Shown here: positions 50,846 through 59,120 of the stretch, piece after piece
Layout of the letters: each line of letters begins with the position of its first letter
Numbering within the stretch: position 1 is the stretch's first letter
Origin: Verrucomicrobiia bacterium
Lineage (GTDB): Bacteria; Verrucomicrobiota; Verrucomicrobiia; Limisphaerales; UBA1319
DNA: 64,000 bases
Direction of reading: 5' to 3'
Assembly (NCBI GenBank): GCA_963664225.1
Contig: OY760937.1
Location: 1,152,001-1,216,000, forward strand
The notes under the pieces: model-generated
What the model was told of the DNA's origin: nothing
Database searches by the model: none
The model's input: only the letters and a program-made list of their open reading frames with translations
Position numbers and translations under genes: made by a program

Positions 50846-51640
50846 CTAGTCCATGGAACGAACGGTAAAACCTCCAGATTTTTCGTCAGCGTCGAGTTTT
50901 AATAAACCTCGTTTTTCTGCTTCAATGAGGAGGTCATTAAATGAACGGAATCCATAGGCGCGTTCATTGAACCCGGGATTGCGGCGTCGGATCGCTTGCT
51001 TGATCATGGACCCCCATGTGCGATCGTCTTCGCTCCGTTCGTCAGTAAGATCTTCAAGCGTCTCGACCACAAGATCCAAAGCGTCGGCCAGGGAAGGACC
51101 TTTGGAATCTCCCTTTGCAGTAGGAGACACAGCCGGGCGTGGACGGCGGTTTTTCGAAGTTTCGGCCCGCACCAGATCGTCGTAAAAAATAAACTCGTCG
51201 CAATTATTGAGAAACAAATCGCTGGTCGAATTTTTCACTCCCACTCCAATAACCTTTTTGGCGTTTTCCCGTAATTTGCTCACCAGGGGCGAAAAGTCGG
51301 AGTCCCCGCTCAGGATGACAAAGGTATCGACGTGGCCCTTGGTGTAGCACAAATCCAGGGCATCGACGACCATGCGGATGTCGGCGGAGTTTTTGCCGGA
51401 CTGGCGAACGTGCGGTATTTCAATCAGCTCGAATGCGGCCTCGTGCAGGTCGCGCTTGAACTCCTTATAGCGGTCGAAATCGCAATAAGCTTTTTTGACG
51501 ACGATATGCCCTTTGAGCAGGAGGCGCTCGAGCGTTTTGTGGATGTTGAATCGGGGGAAATGGGCATCGAGAGCCCCCAGGGCGATGTTCTCCAGATCGA
51601 GGAAAACCGCCATCGTTGTATTTGTTTCTTGAGCGCTCAT
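50846..51640 (-). CDS. NYN domain protein with C-terminal OST-HTH/LOTUS domain
   Basis: FLDLEN, KNSADI, SGDSDF and FNERAYGFRSF. Confidence 0.9.
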   Translation of the reverse strand: MSAQETNTTMAVFLDLENIALGALDAHFPRFNIHKTLERLLLKGHIVVKKAYCDFDRYKEFKRDLHEAAFELIEIPHVRQSGKNSADIRMVVDALDLCYTKGHVDTFVILSGDSDFSPLVSKLRENAKKVIGVGVKNSTSDLFLNNCDEFIFYDDLVRAETSKNRRPRPAVSPTAKGDSKGPSLADALDLVVETLEDLTDERSEDDRTWGSMIKQAIRRRNPGFNERAYGFRSFNDLLIEAEKRGLLKLDADEKSGGFTVRSMD

Positions 51641-51783
51641 ATCATTAATAACTTAAAATACCACAGCGGAGTGGAAATTGCATTGGAAAAATGAAGCTTG
51701 CGCCGATTCGGCTGATCTTGACCATGCAACCACGGTTGTGGCCAACTAAACAACCAAACGATCGGGATCAAAGTTCAGTGCGG

Positions 51784-52770
51784 CTAATCGTAGCGGATGC
51801 CGCATTGAGCGCGGATTTCATCACTGACTTGGGTCATCGACAAGCTGAGATCCAGCGGCATCAGGACGCTTTCCAGCTTGTTTTGCGCGAGACAATTCAT
51901 GACCTCCTGGATTTCAAATTGGAACCCGTTTCCCTCATAAGGTTCCGCGAGAATCCGTGAAGCACCCGAATTCGGACTCACGGTAAGCGATTGGGCTTTA
52001 TACCAGGGACGGTCGAGTGACAGTGTTCCCTTGGAGCCGATGATTTCAGCGGTCAGCGGGGTGTTGGCCTCAACGCTGGAGAGAATATTGGCCATGCGGC
52101 CCTGTTTGTAAAAGAGCAGGGCGTTTATGGACACATCCGCGCCGGTGCTGCATAAGTGGGCGAAGGCTTTGACCTCGTCCGGCTGCCCAAAAAGGAGCAG
52201 CGCCAGAAACAGCGGGTAAACGCCGACATCCAGCAGGGATCCACCGCCCAGCTTCAAATCGTAAATCCGGTTGGCGGGATCGAACTTGAAGAGGGTTCCA
52301 AAATCAGCTCTGAGGTATTTCAGTTCGCCAATTTCTCCCGACTGGAGGAGTTCGAGCGCTTTGCGGGTGGCGGGCAGAAACCGTGTCCACATGGCTTCCA
52401 TAAGAAAGACACGGTGCCTTCGGGCGGTGTCGATCATGCTCCGCGCCTGGGCTTGACTCAGCGCAATGGGTTTCTCGCAGAGGACCGCTTTGCCGGCGCT
52501 GAGGCAGAGTTGGGCGTGTTCCTGATGAAGCGCGTGAGGTGTGGCGATGTAGACCGCATCCACGGCAGGATCGTTGGCCAGGGCATCATAACTGCCGTAA
52601 TGAACCGGAATGGAGAAACGCCTGGCAAAGGCCTCAGCTCGGGCCGGATCCCTCGAAGCCACAGCGTGCAATTGGGCTTGGGGAAGCTCACAAGCCGCGG
52701 TGGCAAAACGTTCCGCGATATTGCCGGGCCCCAGGATGCCCCAGCGCCAGCGTTTGTCTGTGGCGTTCAT
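51784..52770 (-). CDS. Gfo/Idh/MocA oxidoreductase
   Basis: WGILGPGNIA, CEKP, EAMWTRF and LLDVGVY. Confidence 0.9.
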   Translation of the reverse strand: MNATDKRWRWGILGPGNIAERFATAACELPQAQLHAVASRDPARAEAFARRFSIPVHYGSYDALANDPAVDAVYIATPHALHQEHAQLCLSAGKAVLCEKPIALSQAQARSMIDTARRHRVFLMEAMWTRFLPATRKALELLQSGEIGELKYLRADFGTLFKFDPANRIYDLKLGGGSLLDVGVYPLFLALLLFGQPDEVKAFAHLCSTGADVSINALLFYKQGRMANILSSVEANTPLTAEIIGSKGTLSLDRPWYKAQSLTVSPNSGASRILAEPYEGNGFQFEIQEVMNCLAQNKLESVLMPLDLSLSMTQVSDEIRAQCGIRYD

Positions 52771-52820
52771 TGGCTGGTTTTCGCGTGGTGGTTGGTCAGA
52801 TAGGTTCGACTCAGGGCCTT

Positions 52821-54299
52821 TCAGTGGGTGGGTTCTGCAAAGACGCTAATTTCGGAGAGCGCAGGGCAGGCTGCGGCCTTGAGAATACGCAAGCGAATGC
52901 GGTCCGATGCCATGAATTGGGAGCGAACAAGCCGCTGGTTGCCGATGCTGGTGCCTTTGAAAAACTCGCGCCATTGCCCATCCTGCCAGGAGTCGAGAGC
53001 GAAGGCATCGATGCGTTGACCCAGGGGCGTGTATTCACGCAAGCGCACCACATTGAAGGAGACCGGTTTTTTGAAACGAATGACCAGTTCCGGGGTGGTC
53101 ACATCATCATCCGTGGCCCAGTAGGTGTCGCGTTTATTGTCGTGCAAACGGTCGGGGCTGAAGATCGGGTCGCGCCCGCGCACATTGCTGGCCTCGAACT
53201 TCGCGTTTTTGGCGAGATTATTGGCGAAGGTGGCATCGAGGATTTTGCGAAACTCGCGCAGCGTGCTGACATCGTTTGAATGAATCTGGCCGCGACGATC
53301 GGGCGGCATGTTTAAGTTGAGGCAGCAGCCCCGGCCCACAGAGGCATAATATATTTTCAGCAATTGATCGGCGGTTTTAACGGCAGCGTCTTCTTTCGCG
53401 TGGTAGAACCAGCCGGGACGAATGGAGACATCGCATTCAGCGGGCAGCCATTGGTCGCCATTGCGTTCGCCGGAGTTCAGACCTTCCGAGGGTCCTCCGG
53501 GATAGCGGCCTTCCATTTTCATGGTGGACCAGCACGGATCGCCTGCCATACCCGCTTCGTTGCCGACCCATCGAAAATCAGGTCCGCCGTCGCTGAACAT
53601 CACGGCGTTGGGCTGCATCTCGCGAACGATTTTCCATGTGTTTGCCCAATCGTAATAAGTGCGGTTGTCGATGCGGCGCATTTCACGGGCGCCGCCATAA
53701 TAGCCATCGCCGCCGTTGGCGCCATCGAACCAGACGGTAAATACCTCGCCGTAGTTGGAAAGCAGTTCCCGCAGTTGGTTCCGATAATAAGTGATGTAAG
53801 CGGGGGTGGAGTAATCCTTGTTATTGCGATCCCAGGGTGAAAGATAAACACCGAATTTGAGCCCGTATTTGTGGCAGGCATCGGAAAGCTCGCGGACCAC
53901 ATCGCCCTTGCCGTTTTTCCAGGGACTGTTCTTGACCGAGTGCTCCGTATATTTGCTGGGCCACAGGCAAAAGCCATCGTGGTGCTTGCAGGTGAGGACA
54001 AGCCCCTTCATTCCCGCTTCTTTTGCGGTTTTCGCAATTTGATTGGCGTTGAAATCAGTGGGATTAAAGACCGATTCCGGTTCGTCGCCGTATCCCCATT
54101 CCTTATCGGTGAAAGTGTTCACGGTAAAATGCACGAACCCATAGAATTCCATTTCGTGCCAAAGTTGCTGACGGTGCGTGGGCAGCGGGCCGTAGGGCAG
54201 GGGCGCGGGCGTGGCGGCTCGGGCTTTGAATGGGGCAATAGACAGGCTGGTCAGAATGCAGACTGATGAAATAATCTTGGCTAGGTTCACAGTGTTCAT
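52821..54299 (-). CDS. Alpha-L-fucosidase (GH29) with C-terminal F5/8-type domain
   Basis: KHHDGFCLWPS, YLSPWD, WFDGA and ECDVSIRPGWFY; signal peptide. Confidence 0.93.
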   Translation of the reverse strand: MNTVNLAKIISSVCILTSLSIAPFKARAATPAPLPYGPLPTHRQQLWHEMEFYGFVHFTVNTFTDKEWGYGDEPESVFNPTDFNANQIAKTAKEAGMKGLVLTCKHHDGFCLWPSKYTEHSVKNSPWKNGKGDVVRELSDACHKYGLKFGVYLSPWDRNNKDYSTPAYITYYRNQLRELLSNYGEVFTVWFDGANGGDGYYGGAREMRRIDNRTYYDWANTWKIVREMQPNAVMFSDGGPDFRWVGNEAGMAGDPCWSTMKMEGRYPGGPSEGLNSGERNGDQWLPAECDVSIRPGWFYHAKEDAAVKTADQLLKIYYASVGRGCCLNLNMPPDRRGQIHSNDVSTLREFRKILDATFANNLAKNAKFEASNVRGRDPIFSPDRLHDNKRDTYWATDDDVTTPELVIRFKKPVSFNVVRLREYTPLGQRIDAFALDSWQDGQWREFFKGTSIGNQRLVRSQFMASDRIRLRILKAAACPALSEISVFAEPTH

Positions 54300-54450
54300 G
54301 GCATGTCAGGTCATACGGCCGGTGTTCCGACCGATTCAGGGCTCGGTGGATATCATGGAGGAATGGGTCCGATGCGTCAACGGCGCAAAAGGAGGCGAAA
54401 GCGCGAATTTCCTTTCGACCTTGGCGAATGTTTTTTCTACAGTTCGGTCG

Positions 54451-57075
54451 ATGGCAGGCGATGGACAGTTGACACCCATGATGGCGCAGTACCGGCAAAT
54501 CAAGGCCGGTCTGCCGAAGGATGCCCTGTTGCTGTTTCGGCTGGGCGATTTTTACGAGATGTTTTTCGAGGACGCCCTGGCGGCATCGCAATTGCTGAAT
54601 CTGGCGCTCACCAAGCGCGGCACCACGCCCATGTGCGGCATTCCCTATCATGCGGCGCCGGGCTACATCTCCCGCCTGCTCAAAGCAGGCCGAAAAGTCG
54701 CGATGTGCGATCAGATGGAGGAGCCGCGTCCGGGACAATTGGTCAAGCGGGAGGTGACCCAAATCTTAAGCCCGGGAACGCATTTTGACGAGCGGATGCT
54801 TCGGGCTGAGCAAAACAACTACCTGGCCACCGTATATGCCCGGGGGACGTTGTTTGGGCTGGCCTTTGTCGATTTAACCACCGGCGATTTTTGCACCACC
54901 GAGGTGGACGGGGAGCCCGCCCTGCTTGCGGAATTGGAACGCCTGAGGCCGGCGGAGATTGTCCTGCCCACGGAGCAGGCGGCGGCAATAAGAAAACTGG
55001 GCTGCGGTTCTGCAATCGTCAGCGAATATGACGATTGGGTCTTCGCCCCGGAAACCGCGCAGTTCACCTTGAGAGACCATTTTGGAGTGGCCTCGCTGGA
55101 TGGATTTGGATTGAAGGATCATACAGCGGCTGTGGGGGCGGCCGGTGGCGCGGTTCATTATTTAGCGCAGCATTTGCGTCGCGATATTGCTCATTTGACG
55201 AGGATCTCATTTTATCGATCCTCGGAATTTTTGGTGCTCGATGCGACCACGCTCCGGAATCTGGAGATCCTGGAACCGCTTCACCGGGATGCGCCCGCGC
55301 CATCCTCTTTGTATGGAGCGATGCAGCGGACCATGACTCCCATGGGCGCGCGGCGGCTGCGGGACTGGCTCTCGCAACCCCTGGCCTCAGTGGCTGCTAT
55401 CCGGCGTCGGCAGGAGGTGGTCCGCATGTGGCTGGAGGCTGGCGGACTGCTCGATCGGTTCCGCCTGGAATTAAAAGAGGTGCGTGATCTGGAGCGAACG
55501 TTGAGCCGGTTAAGCGCGGGCGGGGGAAATGCGCGCGATATGGCGGCGTTACGCCTGGCCTTGGAGCGGTTGCCAGCCTTGCGGGACTTGCTCGCCGAGT
55601 TGGGCGCGATGCCCAGTCCGGTGAAGGACGCCCCACTGCTTGGCCTGCCTGTTCCGCCCAACGCGGACAATGCGGGTCCGCGCGATGAAAATGGAATTTC
55701 GGGTTCTCAAGCGTCCGCGCCTTGCCGTGACGGGCTTCTGCATGAATTAACCGCTCAGATTGTGCCGTTGCCGGAATTGGTCGATCTGATTCAAAGGACG
55801 ATTTGCGATGAGCCGCCGATTGCCATTAAGGAAGGCGGGATGATTCGGGACGGATTTGACGCCGCGCTGGACGAGCTGCGAATGGCCTCGCGCGGCGGCA
55901 AGGACTGGATTGCGAAATTACAGCAGCAGGAAATCGAGCGCACCGGGATCAGTTCCCTCAAAATCCGGTTCAATTCCGTATTTGGATATTTCATCGAAAT
56001 CACAAAATCCAACCTGGATAAGGTGCCCGAGCAATACATTCGCAAGCAGACCATCGCCAATGGTGAGCGGTATATCACACCCGAGTTAAAAGAGGTGGAA
56101 GGGAAAATTCTGGGCGCGGACGAACGGGCCACGCAGCGGGAATACGATCTCTTTTTGCAGCTCCGTGAGGCGGTCCTGGAGCGAATGGGTGAGATTCAAA
56201 AGACAGCGCAGGGACTGGCCCAATTGGATGTGCTGGCGGGTTTTGCCGAGACCGCGCGTCTATACAACTTCTGCATGCCGGAAATTGGCGAGGCGGGGGT
56301 AATCCATATTCGCGACGGGCGGCATCCTGTGCTGGAGCAGGTGCCGGGCGGCGAACGTTTCGTGCCCAATGACACCGACCTGGACGCGGTGGCCCACCAG
56401 ATTGTTCTGATCACTGGGCCCAATATGGCGGGCAAGAGCACCTACCTGCGGCAAGTTGCCTTGCTGGTGTTGCTGGCCCACACGGGCAGTTGCATTCCCG
56501 CGGCGGAGGCGAGAATCGACCTTGTGGATCGCATCTTCACGCGCATCGGGGCGAGCGACGATCTGTCCCGGGGCCAATCCACATTCATGGTTGAAATGAG
56601 CGAGACCGCCAATTTGTTGAACAACGCGTCATCAAAGAGTTTGATTGTTCTCGACGAAATTGGCAGGGGCACCAGCACGTTCGATGGCCTGAGCCTGGCG
56701 TGGTCCATTGTGGAGCATCTGCACAACCAGGTGGGCGCAAAGACCCTGTTTGCCACGCATTACCATGAACTGACCGAGTTGTCCGGACGGCTGGCCCGAT
56801 TGGTGAATTGCAATGTGGCGGTGCGTGAATGGAACGATCAGATCATTTTCTTGCGCAAGATTGTATCGGGCGGCACGGATAAAAGCTACGGCATCCAGGT
56901 GGCGCGTTTGGCCGGCGTGCCACGGGAGGTCGTTGAGCGCGCCAAAGTCATTTTGCGGAATCTTGAAGAATCCGAACTGACGCCCGAGGGCAACGTGCGT
57001 GCCGCTTCGCGACATCGGGCGGAGCGGGAGAAACTAAAAAATCTGCCTCCCGCAAGTCAACTGGACTTATTTTGA
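54451..57075 (+). CDS. mutS: DNA mismatch repair protein MutS
   Basis: TPMMAQY, GDFYEMF, TGPNMAGKST, DEIGRGTST and ATHYHEL. Confidence 0.97.
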   Translation: MAGDGQLTPMMAQYRQIKAGLPKDALLLFRLGDFYEMFFEDALAASQLLNLALTKRGTTPMCGIPYHAAPGYISRLLKAGRKVAMCDQMEEPRPGQLVKREVTQILSPGTHFDERMLRAEQNNYLATVYARGTLFGLAFVDLTTGDFCTTEVDGEPALLAELERLRPAEIVLPTEQAAAIRKLGCGSAIVSEYDDWVFAPETAQFTLRDHFGVASLDGFGLKDHTAAVGAAGGAVHYLAQHLRRDIAHLTRISFYRSSEFLVLDATTLRNLEILEPLHRDAPAPSSLYGAMQRTMTPMGARRLRDWLSQPLASVAAIRRRQEVVRMWLEAGGLLDRFRLELKEVRDLERTLSRLSAGGGNARDMAALRLALERLPALRDLLAELGAMPSPVKDAPLLGLPVPPNADNAGPRDENGISGSQASAPCRDGLLHELTAQIVPLPELVDLIQRTICDEPPIAIKEGGMIRDGFDAALDELRMASRGGKDWIAKLQQQEIERTGISSLKIRFNSVFGYFIEITKSNLDKVPEQYIRKQTIANGERYITPELKEVEGKILGADERATQREYDLFLQLREAVLERMGEIQKTAQGLAQLDVLAGFAETARLYNFCMPEIGEAGVIHIRDGRHPVLEQVPGGERFVPNDTDLDAVAHQIVLITGPNMAGKSTYLRQVALLVLLAHTGSCIPAAEARIDLVDRIFTRIGASDDLSRGQSTFMVEMSETANLLNNASSKSLIVLDEIGRGTSTFDGLSLAWSIVEHLHNQVGAKTLFATHYHELTELSGRLARLVNCNVAVREWNDQIIFLRKIVSGGTDKSYGIQVARLAGVPREVVERAKVILRNLEESELTPEGNVRAASRHRAEREKLKNLPPASQLDLF

Positions 57076-57278
57076 AATTCGCTTGCCCAATGCATGACCT
57101 GGCGCATATTGTTTTATGTATTGTGCGCGGCGAAAAGGATTTGGAGGCCGTGTAGGTTGGCGCGAAATCGAGAGATGCGCTCCGGGCGGATGTGAATTGG
57201 CTGCTGCCCGAATCTCGTGGCGCAACGCTCTTGGGAGTCCATTCCATAAGAGCGGGAAGTGCTTCATAATAAACGGTC

Positions 57279-57354
57279 GGGCGATTGGCGCAGCGGTTAG
57301 CGCGTCTGCTTTACACGCAGTAGGTCGGGGGTTCAAATCCCTCATCGCCCACCA
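57279..57354 (+). tRNA. tRNA-Val (anticodon TAC)
   Basis: Acceptor stem GGGCGAT/ATCGCCC, anticodon loop TTTACAC, GTTCAAATC T-loop and encoded CCA; 76 nt. Confidence 0.96.
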
Positions 57355-57383
57355 CTCCAATCCGTTAATATAATCGAGGTGTT

Positions 57384-57704
57384 ATGGAAACATATTTCAA
57401 AAACATGACGGCAGAGGAAGGAACCAAGGAAAAATTATTCCACGACCTGAAGATTTTACTTCAGGACGGTCAAACTCTGGTGGCGGCCAGGGGCAGTGAC
57501 CTGGCACAGAAATCCAAGGAAGAGCTGAAGGAACTGGCGGCTCGTTTGAAGACGGTTTGCGGCCGGATTAAGGATCAATCGGTCAACTGCGCGAAAACGA
57601 CCGACCAAGCCATCCGGGCGCATCCGTATCGGTCGCTGATGATCGCATTTGCCGTTGGAGTAGTGGCCGGGGTCGTTTTGCAGAGGAGATGCCGGAAGGA
57701 TTAA
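57384..57704 (+). CDS. DUF883 (ElaB/YqjD)-family membrane-anchored protein
   Basis: TDQAIRAHPY followed by a C-terminal TM and RR. Confidence 0.8.
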   Translation: METYFKNMTAEEGTKEKLFHDLKILLQDGQTLVAARGSDLAQKSKEELKELAARLKTVCGRIKDQSVNCAKTTDQAIRAHPYRSLMIAFAVGVVAGVVLQRRCRKD

Positions 57705-58609
57705 TCCGCTCCGGGAGACGGGGTTGTTCTGCGGGGTTGGTTTGGTCGAATTCCATTCAAGGGCAGTGCTATCGAGTCGTAAACCTGTTGCACCGCAGAG
57801 AGTCCATGGACCGATTCGAGTCTTCTCAGAATGAAATGGCCCCGAGCCATCTTTTGGAAATGGTTCATAAACAACAAGTTGATGGCTGAACCCGTCGTGG
57901 CGCCAATCAGCGGAACGGCCTTGGCCGCAAGCTGTTCCGAAACGAGTATTCCGAATTTGGAGGCGATGCCGCTGATGAGTCGGACCATGACGGGAGCGGT
58001 CTCCTCCAGAATACCCTTGCGCGTGAAATGGATGGCGGCGTCTGAAATGGACTTGGCCAGGGTGGCGCGCACGACCCAATAACCGTTTTCTGCCGCATCG
58101 TCCGATGTGGTGTTACCACCCAGTGCAAAGACTTCCATGCAGGCGAGCCGGGTCTGAATGTCGGTCAGGTCGTGTTGCTCACTTCTGGCGATGTCGGCAA
58201 TGGAGCGCAGGATGAGCGTGGTGGAAATGGGGAGCTCAATGGCGACTGCTGCGAAGCCAAAAGCGCCACCAATAGCCCCGGAGGTTCCTGTTAGAACCTT
58301 ATGCAGGCGATCCGAGGAAGGCTTCCAGGCGGGGTTTCCCATGGACTTGACTGCCAGCTTTAAAGCCGCTTTCAGAGAAGATTGAGTTGTCTTGTGGACC
58401 ACATCACGCCATCCTGTGGGCATTCTTTGGAACAGGGATTCGATGGGAGCGCCAATCAGATGGGCCATGCGCGCTGTCAGATCGGGGGTTTCGAGGAGAA
58501 ATTTTGCGTGCGCCAGACTTTCCCAGTCCCGTGGCGGGAGGCTGGGCAGGCCTGTGGAGCCTGTGGCAACAGGCTTGAAGGCTGTCAGAGCGGTTTGGTC
58601 CGGCATCAT
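57701..58609 (-). CDS. EcsC-family protein
   Basis: GAIGGAFG...ELPISTTLILRSIADIARSE and VPLIGA...N. Confidence 0.8.
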   Translation of the reverse strand: MMPDQTALTAFKPVATGSTGLPSLPPRDWESLAHAKFLLETPDLTARMAHLIGAPIESLFQRMPTGWRDVVHKTTQSSLKAALKLAVKSMGNPAWKPSSDRLHKVLTGTSGAIGGAFGFAAVAIELPISTTLILRSIADIARSEQHDLTDIQTRLACMEVFALGGNTTSDDAAENGYWVVRATLAKSISDAAIHFTRKGILEETAPVMVRLISGIASKFGILVSEQLAAKAVPLIGATTGSAINLLFMNHFQKMARGHFILRRLESVHGLSAVQQVYDSIALPLNGIRPNQPRRTTPSPGAD

Positions 58610-58742
58610 ATTCTATTGCGGGAAATGTATTTATCCTGCGTTGTAAGATGTCACAATAGACGGCAAATGGCAAAATTGTTACAGCTTTCGCTTGCCAAAA
58701 CTGGCTGGCTGCCTAGATTTGGCGACTCGTTTAGTAATTTTT

Positions 58743-59096
58743 ATGAAGTACAGCGATTTTAATGCTTTCTTGGCCATGGCGCCGGCACAACCAGCCGGCA
58801 CCGCACCCAACCCCACTGGACAAATGCTCCAGATGCTGGGGACGTTGCTCTTTTTTGGCGTGGTGATGTATTTTGTGATGATTCGTCCGCAGCAAAAGAA
58901 GGCCCGCGAGCATGAAAACATGCTCAAGACCATGAAGTCGGGCGATAAAGTGATGACCTCCGGCGGAATTCTGGGTGTGATTGTGGCGGTTAAGGATAAA
59001 ACCGTATCCCTGCGATCGGCGGATACCAAATTGGAAGTTTTAAAGTCGGCGGTGACAGAAATAATTGAGCGTTCTGGCGGTTCGAGTGAATCCTAA
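58743..59096 (+). CDS. yajC: Preprotein translocase subunit YajC
   Basis: YFVMIRPQQKK and GDKVMTSGGILG; lies upstream of secDF. Confidence 0.93.
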   Translation: MKYSDFNAFLAMAPAQPAGTAPNPTGQMLQMLGTLLFFGVVMYFVMIRPQQKKAREHENMLKTMKSGDKVMTSGGILGVIVAVKDKTVSLRSADTKLEVLKSAVTEIIERSGGSSES

Positions 59097-59120
59097 ACCT
59101 ACGAAATAGGAAATAGTGGC

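Noticed and set aside
57067..57360. 97-aa ORF MEWWAMRDLNPRPTACKADAL
   Set aside because: It is the antisense translation of the tRNA gene.
57279..57704. tRNA-Val as an integration site for an island or prophage
   Set aside because: No integrase nearby, no duplicated tRNA 3' end seen, and the flanks are ordinary chromosomal genes.
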